DNA of 64,000 nucleotides from Bacteroidota bacterium (GTDB lineage Bacteria; Bacteroidota; Ignavibacteria; UBA10030; UBA6906). The position numbers and the translations under genes are program-made. Under the pieces are notes generated by a model, which did not search any database, had not been told where the DNA came from, and saw only the letters and a list, made by a program, of their open reading frames with translations. The stretch spans positions 7,281-71,280 of the forward strand of contig DASRUE010000064.1 of assembly GCA_035687895.1 (NCBI GenBank), in the 5' to 3' direction. Shown here in pieces: positions 40,170 through 49,834 of the stretch (position 1 is the first letter of the stretch; each line of letters begins with the position of its first letter).

Positions 40170-41605
40170 TCTGTGTCCTCGTCAGTTTCTTCGATGACAT
40201 ACTCGGGCAGCCTGCCCAGCATTTGCTCGAGTTCCGCTGTTGCTGTGAGATGCTCGTAGATTGCTTCTATCCTGTTTACCCTTGCCCGCGTCAAACCCAA
40301 TTGAGCATCGTTCACTTCCAATTGAATGCCTAACCCATTTGCAAACCTCGACGAGGCGATCCGGTACCCTCTTTCTGCCTGTTCTACGGTTCTCCCTTGA
40401 GCGGCGATCCTTTGCCTAGCTTGTCGGATCTGGAGAACTAAAGACTCAGCAGATGTCTGCAAGCGAATTTCCATACCATTGATTGCCTCTTGTGACTTGC
40501 GCAGGTCGAGTTCAGCCTGCTCCACGCGGGCGTTGGTCTGCAATCCGCTGAAGATGTTCATTGAAAGAGAGAGCCCGATCTGGGAGCTCGCAATGAAATC
40601 TCCTGTCGAAAAGTTGAACATGTTGTTCTGTGCCGTGTACTGGTAATTGCCAAATGCCGAGAGTCGGGGAAGGTAGCTCGACCTTTCGACGGAGATGACA
40701 GCATCGCTCACCTCTGTCTGGTACCGCATGGCAGCAAGGGAAGGATTCGTCTTCACCACCCGCTCCACCACTGACTCCAACTGGAATTCGACGGTCGTAT
40801 CGGCTTCAAGCACTCCGTGGATTTCCAACCTGGAAATGTATGGGGCACCGATCATAGACTTGAGGTTATTGAGTGCAAGGCTGTATGCATTCTCCACTCT
40901 CAGAAGCTCCGGGTGAAGGTTATCCAATGCAACTGCCGCGCGGAGCTCATCATACTCAGACACTAGTCCCGATGCCGCAAGGAGTCGTGTGTTCTGGTAA
41001 TTCTCCTCCGCGTTGGTGAGGTTCTGCCGAATCATCTTCAGAACCTCCCCCGCCACGAGGACACTGTAGAACGCTTTCTTTGCTGCGGTAATCGTCTCCA
41101 GGCACTTTGCGCGGTAAACCTCTTCCGCGGCTTTCGAGTAGATCCGGGCAGTCCCCACGCCAACGAATACCGATGAATTGAAGAGAACCTGTTCGGCACT
41201 CACAGTCATGTCGAATGCATGCGTGGAGCCTATTTCTATTGCACTGACGCGGTCGCTCCCGGGGTTTGCAAAGTCCGGAAGAAAGAACACCGGTTTCTTG
41301 AGCGCCCGCGTATAGCGCGCGCTCAGATCAATCTTGGGGAGGGCATATCCCCATGCTTCTCGCACTCGTGCGGATGCACGCTGCACCTCAAGCCGCGCTG
41401 AGGTCAAATCATGATTGTTGCGCAATGCGGTCTGAACAACTCCCTCAAGTGTGTAGACGTTCGAGGAGTCTGGTCCCTCGGCCAACGATATCGCAACAAA
41501 GAAAAGAGAAATGCTAATCGAGTATGAACTGGTACGCCACATTGTGATCGATGAGTATGAGAAAGAGATGAGGGTCGCGTGGTTTTCGGGGTTACAGCCA
41601 CCCAC
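40166..41605 (-). CDS. TolC-family outer-membrane efflux protein
   Basis: 479 aa; duplicated TolC repeat architecture with a signal peptide. Confidence 0.8.
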   Translation of the reverse strand: MGGCNPENHATLISFSYSSITMWRTSSYSISISLFFVAISLAEGPDSSNVYTLEGVVQTALRNNHDLTSARLEVQRASARVREAWGYALPKIDLSARYTRALKKPVFFLPDFANPGSDRVSAIEIGSTHAFDMTVSAEQVLFNSSVFVGVGTARIYSKAAEEVYRAKCLETITAAKKAFYSVLVAGEVLKMIRQNLTNAEENYQNTRLLAASGLVSEYDELRAAVALDNLHPELLRVENAYSLALNNLKSMIGAPYISRLEIHGVLEADTTVEFQLESVVERVVKTNPSLAAMRYQTEVSDAVISVERSSYLPRLSAFGNYQYTAQNNMFNFSTGDFIASSQIGLSLSMNIFSGLQTNARVEQAELDLRKSQEAINGMEIRLQTSAESLVLQIRQARQRIAAQGRTVEQAERGYRIASSRFANGLGIQLEVNDAQLGLTRARVNRIEAIYEHLTATAELEQMLGRLPEYVIEETDEDTE

Positions 41606-41685
41606 TGCGGCTCAATGAAGAACGGTCAGTACTAAAGGAGAGTAGGTATGTCAAGAGAATTGAGCGGCAGTTCCGCCACCTCAAT

Positions 41686-42315
41686 TCAAGGAAGAGACGC
41701 CCCCTCAAAGAACAAACGAACAAGAAAACCTGCCTCGCGCTCAGAATCAAGCGTTCGGAGCCCCTTCGCTTCAAAAAAGCATCGCATTGCACTGTTATGG
41801 ACCATCGAGACGAAGGCCTGGGCAAGGTCGTCCGGATTCTCCCTAATCAACCGCTTACGGGAGATGTCTTTTTTCACAAGGGCGCTGAGCATATTCGCTA
41901 TCCGGTGTACACGCTCATGAATGGCAGCAATCCTCTGCTGCTCCTCCTCGAGTTGCATCCGATTCATTTCCCGCGCGATAATGCGGAGGAGATCTTCATT
42001 GGTCTTGTAATACTCCATCATCCGGGTCGCATAACTATGGAAGGCATCACGGGTTGTTCCTCCAGCGGCGATGGCCCCTTCTGCCACATGTACCATGTCG
42101 TCCAGCAATTCTTCCACAATGTGCTGGAACAATTCATCCTTGCTCTGGAAATAGTTGTACAGTGTCCCCTTTGCGAACTCTGCTCTCTCGGCAATTTCAT
42201 CGAGCGTGGCATGACTATACCCCCGCTGAGCGAACACTTGCCGTGCAGCAACAAGGATCTCTGCCCGCTTGGCAATCCGTTCCCGCTCTTTCCGTATCAG
42301 TGGCTGCTCCATCAT
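41686..42315 (-). CDS. TetR/AcrR-family transcriptional regulator
   Basis: HTH ATLDEIAERAEFAKGTLYNYFQSKDELF; start chosen at MMEQPL; sits immediately upstream of the efflux operon. Confidence 0.75.
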   Translation of the reverse strand: MMEQPLIRKERERIAKRAEILVAARQVFAQRGYSHATLDEIAERAEFAKGTLYNYFQSKDELFQHIVEELLDDMVHVAEGAIAAGGTTRDAFHSYATRMMEYYKTNEDLLRIIAREMNRMQLEEEQQRIAAIHERVHRIANMLSALVKKDISRKRLIRENPDDLAQAFVSMVHNSAMRCFFEAKGLRTLDSEREAGFLVRLFFEGASLP

Positions 42316-42482
42316 GTCTCGATCCTCTTGGATGAACAAGCCGGTCACCCGATCAACTAAATGGTCATGAAATGACTGACTGGTCATAACCTAAGGAAAG
42401 GGTGTCCGGAAGTCAAGCACAAAAACGAAAACGGTCAGGAGATTTCCTGACCGTGGATCTTTTCAACACTTTCTCCGGGCCG

Positions 42483-43007
42483 TCATTCGCTGTCGTAGTG
42501 GAGAATGGAAAAAACATCATATGCCTTCAGCTTCGCCCGCCCGCCGAGAAACGAGAGTTCGATCAAAAAAGAAAGGCCGATAATGGTCCCGCCAAGCCTC
42601 TCGACCAGTTGGCACGCAGCGCGCGCAGTCCCCCCTGTCGCGAGAAGGTCATCATGCATCAGAATCCGCTCTCCAGGCCTGATTGCATCTTTGTGAATCT
42701 CGATCGCGTCTGTACCGTACTCCAATGCATACTCCTGGCGAAGAGTTGCCGCGGGTAGTTTGCCCGGCTTGCGGATGGGGACGAAGCCTGCCCCGAGCCG
42801 ATACGCGAGCGGCGCCCCGAAGATGAACCCGCGGGATTCCACGCTAACGACCTTCTCGACATGCAGGCTCTTGTAACGGTCGTGGAACAGGTCCACTGAT
42901 TGCCTGAAAGCCTCGCCATCCTTCAGAAGTGTGGTGATGTCACGAAAGACGATACCCTTCTTCGGAAAATCCGGCACACTGCGGATGGTGGAGAGAAGAT
43001 GATTCAT
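42483..43007 (-). CDS. apt: Adenine phosphoribosyltransferase
   Basis: 174 aa; PRPP-binding ILMHDDLLATGGTA and the Apt-specific N-terminus. Confidence 0.85.
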   Translation of the reverse strand: MNHLLSTIRSVPDFPKKGIVFRDITTLLKDGEAFRQSVDLFHDRYKSLHVEKVVSVESRGFIFGAPLAYRLGAGFVPIRKPGKLPAATLRQEYALEYGTDAIEIHKDAIRPGERILMHDDLLATGGTARAACQLVERLGGTIIGLSFLIELSFLGGRAKLKAYDVFSILHYDSE

Positions 43008-43009
43008 GC

Positions 43010-43792
43010 TTACCAGCTCATTTTCTGTTTGTTGAGGAAGGCGTCAATCCCCTGCTTGCAGTCGGGAGTCATGCGGGAAGCCGCGTTCATGTTTGCTGCG
43101 AAATCGAGCGCGTCCACGAAATTGAGGCCATGCAACTTCGAGAGCATCTCCTTGCACAACGACATGGATGTAGCGCTGTTTCGGTCGAGCAATTCCTGTA
43201 TAAGAGAGTCTGCTGCAGCGTTGAGGTCCCGCTCCGGAACTACGAGACTAACGAGTCCAATACTCTTTGCCTCTTCAGCATTGATGGTATTCCCGCGCAG
43301 GATCAGCTCTCGCGCACGGCCTTCCCCAACGCGTTTGATCAGGAAGATCATTACCACGGCCGGAATGAATCCAATCCGCACCTCCGTATACCCGAACGTG
43401 GCATGCTCCTTCGAGGCGATCACGAAATCACATACACTTGCCAAACCACACCCACCGGCAAGTGCCGGTCCGTTCACCGTGGCAATGACCGGTTTGCGAC
43501 ATTCATAGATAAGGCGGAAGAGTTGGGCGAGCTGTTGGGAATCCGCACGGTTCTCTTCGAGATCAAACTTTGCGATGCGGCTCAGATACTCTAAGTCGGC
43601 ACCGGAACAGAACGAACTCCCCTGCGCGACAAGGTGTATTACTTTTACTGCATGGTCCCTCGCGGCAGCGGAGAAGGCTGTCGTCAACTCCCTCACCATC
43701 ACATCATCAAGTGCGTTCCTCTTCTCGGGGCGGTTGAGCGTGATCGTCGCTCTACGGCTTGCAGCGTCGAACAGAATGCGGGTGAATGGCAT
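43010..43792 (-). CDS. Enoyl-CoA hydratase/isomerase family protein
   Basis: 260 aa; crotonase fold with ATVNGPALAGGCGLA oxyanion region. Confidence 0.8.
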   Translation of the reverse strand: MPFTRILFDAASRRATITLNRPEKRNALDDVMVRELTTAFSAAARDHAVKVIHLVAQGSSFCSGADLEYLSRIAKFDLEENRADSQQLAQLFRLIYECRKPVIATVNGPALAGGCGLASVCDFVIASKEHATFGYTEVRIGFIPAVVMIFLIKRVGEGRARELILRGNTINAEEAKSIGLVSLVVPERDLNAAADSLIQELLDRNSATSMSLCKEMLSKLHGLNFVDALDFAANMNAASRMTPDCKQGIDAFLNKQKMSW

Positions 43793-43844
43793 GGACGAAA
43801 ATAGGTAATCTCACAAGGAAAAACAAGTCCGTCATTAATCGAGG

Positions 43845-43883
43845 GAGGAAAAGAAAATCCCGCGCCGTTACCAGGCGCGGGAT
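43845..43883 (-). terminator. Intrinsic terminator downstream of glnA
   Basis: On the minus strand: hairpin aaatcccgcgcc-tggtaac-ggcgcgggattt followed by a T-rich run. Confidence 0.45.
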
Positions 43884-43904
43884 TTGTTCGTGGAGAAGGT
43901 CAAA

Positions 43905-45335
43905 CTAGACATCATAGTACAGACCGAACTCATACGGATGAGGACGCAACGCCATTGGTTTGACCTCGCGATCCATCTTGTACTGAATCCATGCGTTGAT
44001 GACATCTTTGGTGAACACGTCTCCGCGAAGCAGGAAATCGTGGTCACGCTCCAATGCTTTGAGAGCGTGCTCAAGAGAGCCCGGCGTTGAGGGGACATGC
44101 TTCAACTCCTCCGGTTCCAGGTCATAAATATCCTTGTCGAGCGGTTCACCGGGATCGATCTTGTTCATGATGCCATCGAGGCCCGCCAGTAAGAGCGCAG
44201 AGAATGCGAGATACGGATTACAGGCCGGGTCAGGGCAGCGGAATTCGATCCTCTTTGCCTTCGGACTATTGGAGTACATGGGGATGCGGACGGAAGCGCT
44301 TCTGTTCCTTTGGGAGTATGCAAGGTTCACGGGCGCTTCAAATCCTGGTACGAGACGCTTGTACGAATTTGTGGTTGGGTTGGTAATGGCGCAGAGCGCT
44401 GGCGCGTGCTTCAACAAACCGCCGATGTAGTGAAGCGCTGTCTCGCTCAGGTTGGCGTAGCCGTTGCCGTAAAACAGCGGCTTCCCATTCTTCCAGAGGC
44501 TTTGATGAACATGCATTCCGGACCCATTGTCACTAAACACGGGCTTCGGCATGAAGGTGACCGTCTTGCCACGGAGACGCGCCGTGTTTTTGATGATGTA
44601 CTTATACTTCAGCATGTCGTCGGCATGGCGCAACAGCGGCGCAAAACGCAAATCGATCTCCGCCTGGCCGCCGCTTGCCACCTCATGGTGCTGTGTCTCC
44701 ACATCCAACCCTGCCGCAATCATGTTGAGTGTCATCTCGTTGCGAATATCCTGCAAATGATCGGTCGGTGGAACAGGGTAATATCCCTCCTTGTAGCGGG
44801 GTTTGTAGCCGAGGTTTGGCATCTCCTCCCGGCCGGAGTTCCATCGCCCTTCGATTGAATCGAGATAATAGTAACTGCTATGTTCGTTCGTGTCAAACCG
44901 TATGTCGTCGAAGATGAAGAACTCTGCCTCCGCCCCCATAAAAGCCGTGTCGGCAATCCCGGTGGAGGCAAGATACGCTTCTGCCTTCTGGGCAATGCTG
45001 CGTGGACAGCGTTCGTATTTCTCCTTGGTCAGAGGATCGTAGACATCGCAAATGAGGCTCAGTGTCTTTGCTTCAATGAACTTATCGATGAACGCCGTCG
45101 ACGGATCAGGAATGATCAACATATCGCTTTCATTGATGGCCTTCCATCCTCGCATGCTCGAGCCGTCAAACCCGAAACCGTCGTCAAATGACGATTCCTC
45201 CAGCCGGGAGGCAGGGATGGAAACGTGTTGCCATTGGCCAGGGAAGTCCATGAATTTGAAATCGATCATTTGAACTCCCTCGTCCCTGATCGTCTTGAAG
45301 ACTTTAGCGATACTGGAGTCGGCTTTCTTTGCCAT
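43905..45335 (-). CDS. glnA: Glutamine synthetase type I
   Basis: 476 aa; GSI N-terminal beta-grasp and catalytic motifs ([14 protein letters not shown] and others). Confidence 0.9.
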   Translation of the reverse strand: MAKKADSSIAKVFKTIRDEGVQMIDFKFMDFPGQWQHVSIPASRLEESSFDDGFGFDGSSMRGWKAINESDMLIIPDPSTAFIDKFIEAKTLSLICDVYDPLTKEKYERCPRSIAQKAEAYLASTGIADTAFMGAEAEFFIFDDIRFDTNEHSSYYYLDSIEGRWNSGREEMPNLGYKPRYKEGYYPVPPTDHLQDIRNEMTLNMIAAGLDVETQHHEVASGGQAEIDLRFAPLLRHADDMLKYKYIIKNTARLRGKTVTFMPKPVFSDNGSGMHVHQSLWKNGKPLFYGNGYANLSETALHYIGGLLKHAPALCAITNPTTNSYKRLVPGFEAPVNLAYSQRNRSASVRIPMYSNSPKAKRIEFRCPDPACNPYLAFSALLLAGLDGIMNKIDPGEPLDKDIYDLEPEELKHVPSTPGSLEHALKALERDHDFLLRGDVFTKDVINAWIQYKMDREVKPMALRPHPYEFGLYYDV

Positions 45336-45373
45336 GGTGATCCTTTCAGTTGTGAGGTGATGATATCAATGAA

Positions 45374-46618
45374 CTATACAAGCTCGTGGTAACCCTTCTC
45401 GCCATGCTCAACGAGGTCGAGTCCTTCATGCTGGTGTTCGTTGCTGCTCCGTATTCCCAGTGTAAGATCGATGAGCTTCAAGACCACAAATGTGACAACC
45501 GCCGAAAAGAGAATCGTCGCTGCAACGCCAACGAACTGGATCCAGAGCAATGACGGATTGCCATAAAGAAGGCCGTTGTTCCCTGCTGCATTGACAGCGG
45601 TGGTCGCAAAGACACCAGTCATGAGGGCGCCAAAAATACCGCCAACGCCGTGAACTGAGAATGCATCAAGAGAATCATCCAGTCCCCACTTGACGCGTTG
45701 GGTGAGCGCCCAGTAGCAGACCCCAGCCACACCGAGTCCAATGAAGATCGCGCCAACCGGAGTAACGAACCCACAAGCCGGTGTGATTGCCACGAGTCCG
45801 GCAACGGCACCGGTAATTGCACCGATTGCCGTTGGTTTTCCTTTGAAGACCATGTCCAAGACTAGCCACCCCAGCATTCCCGAAGCGGCAGCAGTGTTTG
45901 TAGCGACAAATGCCGTTGTTGCCAACGCACCCGAGGCGATTGCACTCCCTGCATTGAATCCGAACCATCCAAACCAGAGCATCCCACCACCAAGGAGAGC
46001 ATACGTGACGTTATGTGGTGGCATCGCCCTCTCTGGAAACCCACTTCTCGGTCCCAGCATCAGCGACGCAACAAGGGCTGAGACTCCAGCGTTGATATGT
46101 ACGACCGTCCCTCCGGCGAAGTCCAACGCTCCCATTGTCCTAAGCCAACCACCTACACCCCAAACCCAATGCGCCACCACATCGTACGAAAATGTGGTCC
46201 ACAGCAGAATGAAAACTGCGTAGGATTTGAACTTCATCCGCTCGACGATTGCTCCGGAGATCAATGCAGGCGTTATAATGGCAAACATCGCCTGGTAGAT
46301 CATAAAGAGCTGGTGCGGAATGGTACCGCCGTAGTCAGGATTAGGTGTGAGACCAACGCCATCGAGACCCAGCCAGCTGAGATTGCCAAAAAGATGACCA
46401 AACACATCTGAATTTGGACTGAACGCTATGCTATACCCGAAGAGAACCCACTGCACCGCTACAATGCCAAGTGCCACAAAACTCATCATCATCGTGTTGA
46501 CAACATTCTTGCTTCGTACAAGTCCTCCGTAGAAAAACGCGAGGCCTGGGGTCATGAACAACACCAGAGCGGCAGATACGAGCATGAAGGCGGTATCGCC
46601 AGTATCGATCCTGTTCAC
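45374..46618 (-). CDS. amt: Ammonium transporter (Amt family)
   Basis: DTAFMLVSAALVLFMTPGLAFFYGG signature and 11 transmembrane helices. Start reassigned to a GTG preceded by GGAGG that overlaps the lrp stop (GTGA). The ORF-track N-terminal extension is non-hydrophobic and overlaps lrp. Confidence 0.8.
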   Translation of the reverse strand: MNRIDTGDTAFMLVSAALVLFMTPGLAFFYGGLVRSKNVVNTMMMSFVALGIVAVQWVLFGYSIAFSPNSDVFGHLFGNLSWLGLDGVGLTPNPDYGGTIPHQLFMIYQAMFAIITPALISGAIVERMKFKSYAVFILLWTTFSYDVVAHWVWGVGGWLRTMGALDFAGGTVVHINAGVSALVASLMLGPRSGFPERAMPPHNVTYALLGGGMLWFGWFGFNAGSAIASGALATTAFVATNTAAASGMLGWLVLDMVFKGKPTAIGAITGAVAGLVAITPACGFVTPVGAIFIGLGVAGVCYWALTQRVKWGLDDSLDAFSVHGVGGIFGALMTGVFATTAVNAAGNNGLLYGNPSLLWIQFVGVAATILFSAVVTFVVLKLIDLTLGIRSSNEHQHEGLDLVEHGEKGYHELV

Positions 46619-47073
46619 TTCGTTGCCTCCACTTTGATGCGAGTGTTTTCCTTGGAGCTCGAAAGGACCAGGTTTGTTCGCGTGCTGACAACTCCACTCC
46701 ACGCCTGTATCTTTGAGAGAAGCTTCTCGAGCGAAGCGGTATTTGTCGTCCGGATTTTCAGGAGGTGGCTCCCCTCGCCAGTGATGGCATGGCACTCCAG
46801 CACTTCGTCAAGGGCTTTGGCATGGTCAATGAACTGATTGTAATGTTTCGATGAATCGACCGTTACAAAGATGAATGCCGTAATATCTTTCCCGAGCTTC
46901 TGTGAGTCCAGCACAGCATGAAAGCCAGTTATGATGCCGCTTTCCTCGAGCTTCCGAAGGCGATCACTCACGGAGGGAATGGAAAGGCCCACTGCTTCTG
47001 CCAGGTCGTTACGACGAGTGCGGCCCTTCTTCTGGAGGATCTCCAGAATCTTTACGTCAATGTCGTCAAGCAT
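46615..47073 (-). CDS. lrp: Lrp/AsnC-family transcriptional regulator
   Basis: 152 aa; N-terminal HTH (LDDIDVKILEILQKKGRTRRNDLAEAVGLSIPSVSDRLRKLE) plus a RAM domain. Confidence 0.8.
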   Translation of the reverse strand: MLDDIDVKILEILQKKGRTRRNDLAEAVGLSIPSVSDRLRKLEESGIITGFHAVLDSQKLGKDITAFIFVTVDSSKHYNQFIDHAKALDEVLECHAITGEGSHLLKIRTTNTASLEKLLSKIQAWSGVVSTRTNLVLSSSKENTRIKVEATK

Positions 47074-47189
47074 CGGGAAATGAATCCGGGGGAGGAATGG
47101 AAAAGTGGTTCAAATTCCTAAGAAACTAAGGTATTGTGTCATCTATGCCTTCGAATATAAGGTTATTGATAGAAGTTGTCAAGTTTTTT

Positions 47190-47230
47190 TTGCCTAGAAA
47201 ATAGGAAAGGCCGGCACTTCCGTGCCGGCC
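47190..47230 (-). terminator. Intrinsic terminator downstream of rpe
   Basis: Hairpin ggccggcac-ggaa-gtgccggcc with a T-rich tail when read on the minus strand. Confidence 0.45.
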
Positions 47231-47260
47231 CTCACGCAGCTGCCGCCAGCCTGGTTCCTG

Positions 47261-47920
47261 TCATCTCTTGAGGGCTTCGGACCTTAACGTTTTGATCGCA
47301 CCGGCAATATTCTTAGAACCAAAAACGAAGCTCCCTGCCACAAGGACGTTTGCGCCAGCCTCAACGGCACCGTGAGCTGTTTCCGCATCAATACCACCAT
47401 CCACCTCGAGGTGGACCTCCGGTTTTAGCTGTCTGATAAGATCGGCTGCTTCCCGTAGTTTGCCATATGATCCCGGCAAAAATGATTGACCGCCAAAGCC
47501 CGGGTTGACTGACATGATCAGAACGAGATCAACATGCCGAATGATATCCTTGAGCAATGCAACAGGCGTTGCAGGATTAATGCACACTCCCGCCATGGCC
47601 CCAAGCTCCTTGATGCGATGGACTGTTTTGTTCAGGTGTGTGCACGCCTCCACGTGGACTGTGAGAACATCGCTTCCCGCACTCCTGAAGGCTTCAATAT
47701 ACTTGTCGGCATCCTCAATCATGAGGTGTGTATCGAACGGCAACTTTGTCATCTTCCTGATGGTTCTGATGACAGGTGGGCCGAACGTGATGTTCGGGAC
47801 AAAATGGCCATCCATAATATCCAAATGAAGCCAATCCGCACCTCCCGACTCGGCTTGTGCTATCTGTCCCTTGAGATCCGAGAAGTCGGCCGAAAGCAAA
47901 GATGGAGCAATCTTGATCAT
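47261..47920 (-). CDS. rpe: Ribulose-phosphate 3-epimerase
   Basis: 219 aa; LHLDIMDGHFVPN and other TIM-barrel Rpe motifs. Confidence 0.9.
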   Translation of the reverse strand: MIKIAPSLLSADFSDLKGQIAQAESGGADWLHLDIMDGHFVPNITFGPPVIRTIRKMTKLPFDTHLMIEDADKYIEAFRSAGSDVLTVHVEACTHLNKTVHRIKELGAMAGVCINPATPVALLKDIIRHVDLVLIMSVNPGFGGQSFLPGSYGKLREAADLIRQLKPEVHLEVDGGIDAETAHGAVEAGANVLVAGSFVFGSKNIAGAIKTLRSEALKR

Positions 47921-47931
47921 GGGGTTTTCTA

Positions 47932-48738
47932 CTATTTCCGCGGTAATTCGATTTCTTCCTTGGGTTTGCCGGATTTCACGACAAACAAATCAATCGCCTG
48001 TTCTTCAGGCACCTGATCGCCGGGTCTGGGGAACTGATCGACAACAGTATTCGGGATAAGGTCAAAGCTTGCTTGATAAGTGATATTGCCTAACTTGAGT
48101 TTCTGCTGTACAATCAGTCGTTCAGCTTCCGTTAACGTCTTGCCAAGAAAGTCCGGGACGGTAATCTGTTGAAGAACCTTGCCACGACTGACCACAATGT
48201 TGACGGCAGAACCCTTTACAACTCTGCTTCCCGATCCCACTGACTGTTCGACGATGGTATTCTCCGGGTATTGGTCAGACGTCGCGTACCCAACAGTGCC
48301 AAGCCGAAGACCGTTGCGTTCAAGTGTGAACTTTGCGTCCCGCAGCGACCTCCCCCGTAATGGAGGAACATTGACCAAGGCTTCTCCGCCAGAAATCGTC
48401 AGGTAGATGCGCCTCCCTTGCTTCACCACTGCGTCTGGCTGGGGATTCTGTGATACTACCGTCCCTTGGGGAGCACGTGGGTCAGGGCGAGTCTCTGCCT
48501 CAACCGGCTGGAGACCGGCCGAATCGAGTTTTGCTTTTGCCAACTCCAACGGAAGATCTGTGATTTTCGGGACAGGCTGTGTGTCGCCATGATTCACATA
48601 CCAGGGAAGAATAACATTGTCTAGCAACAGGAATCCGCCAATGAGTGCAGCCAATGTGTAAAGAAACTTCTTGTTCTTTAGGAGTCTGATGGGATTGAGT
48701 CGTCTGAGCATGCAGCCCCGAAGGTTCCTTGAATTCAA
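47932..48738 (-). CDS. PASTA-domain membrane protein
   Basis: 268 aa; N-terminal transmembrane helix then three ~65-aa PASTA-like repeats. Confidence 0.6.
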   Translation of the reverse strand: MNSRNLRGCMLRRLNPIRLLKNKKFLYTLAALIGGFLLLDNVILPWYVNHGDTQPVPKITDLPLELAKAKLDSAGLQPVEAETRPDPRAPQGTVVSQNPQPDAVVKQGRRIYLTISGGEALVNVPPLRGRSLRDAKFTLERNGLRLGTVGYATSDQYPENTIVEQSVGSGSRVVKGSAVNIVVSRGKVLQQITVPDFLGKTLTEAERLIVQQKLKLGNITYQASFDLIPNTVVDQFPRPGDQVPEEQAIDLFVVKSGKPKEEIELPRK

Positions 48739-48898
48739 CGGTTGAAAATATAGTCAATAACTCGTTGATGCACAAGGATTGCTGGTTGCGAAACAGTCGA
48801 ATTCTTCGCATATTCACACAGCTATCCCTTAGCACTCACCGTACGGATGATATAGCAGGGCAGGCTGATGATTGTTCCCACTCTCCCACTAACGGCGT

Positions 48899-49804
48899 AT
48901 GAAATCACTGCAGAGTGACATACTCAGAACGCTGCTGTACTACGACATCTGGCATTATCCATTGACGGCCACTGAGTTGTTCACATTTCTCCCTGTCAAC
49001 TCGATGACATTTGAGGAGTTTGACAAATATTTGCGTGAGCAGGCGACAGGCGATGACATACTCTTCGACCAGGGCTATTACTTCGTCCGGGGAAAGGGTC
49101 CCGGCATCGTCCCACAGCGACGTGAGAAAGAGCATCACGCACAGCTGATGTGGCGAATGGCAGCCATCTCGATGCACATTATCAAGAGATTTCCATTCGT
49201 CAGAGGCGTGTGCGTGTCAGGCGACCTTTCCAAGAACGCAACCAACCGGAAGAGCGACGTGGATTTTTTTGTGATCACCGAACCAGGGCGACTCTGGATC
49301 ACACGCACACTCCTCATCCTCTTTAAGAAGGTCTTCCTTCTGAACAGCAAGAAATACTTCTGCCTGAACTATTTCGTGACAACGGACCATCTCACACTTG
49401 ACGATCACAATGTCTTCCTTGCCACCGAGATTGCACACTTGAAGCCTTTGTACAACTCAGGTTTGTTCAGGAAGTACTTCGCAAGCAATCAGTGGATCAG
49501 AGACTACTTCCCAAATTACGACCTCCGGCATCTACAATTTCCTGTAGCAAACGAGCGTCAGAGCCTCTTGCAGCGTCTGCTGGAGATTCCTTTCTCATTC
49601 ATTGCGGCTGACACGCTCGATACATACCTGATGAACAAGATGGCTGCAATCTGGGCCAGGCGCTATCCGGAGTTTGACGATACCACACGACGGAAAATTT
49701 TCCGCTGTACGAAGAGTGAATCCCGTGCTTATGTTGGCAACTTTGAAGAGAAAATTCTAGCCATTTACGAGCAGAAGCTCCGCGAATTCGGTGTTTCTGC
49801 TTGA
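48899..49804 (+). CDS. Hypothetical protein with nucleotidyltransferase-fold motif
   Basis: 301 aa; GVCVSGDLSKNATNRKSDVDFFV resembles the GS..x..DxD NTase signature; first gene of the same-strand block. Confidence 0.4.
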   Translation: MKSLQSDILRTLLYYDIWHYPLTATELFTFLPVNSMTFEEFDKYLREQATGDDILFDQGYYFVRGKGPGIVPQRREKEHHAQLMWRMAAISMHIIKRFPFVRGVCVSGDLSKNATNRKSDVDFFVITEPGRLWITRTLLILFKKVFLLNSKKYFCLNYFVTTDHLTLDDHNVFLATEIAHLKPLYNSGLFRKYFASNQWIRDYFPNYDLRHLQFPVANERQSLLQRLLEIPFSFIAADTLDTYLMNKMAAIWARRYPEFDDTTRRKIFRCTKSESRAYVGNFEEKILAIYEQKLREFGVSA

Positions 49805-49834
49805 GGATTCAACCAAAAGGACAGAAGAAGGAGA

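Noticed and set aside
44310-44858. 182-aa plus-strand ORF
   Set aside because: Antisense to glutamine synthetase.
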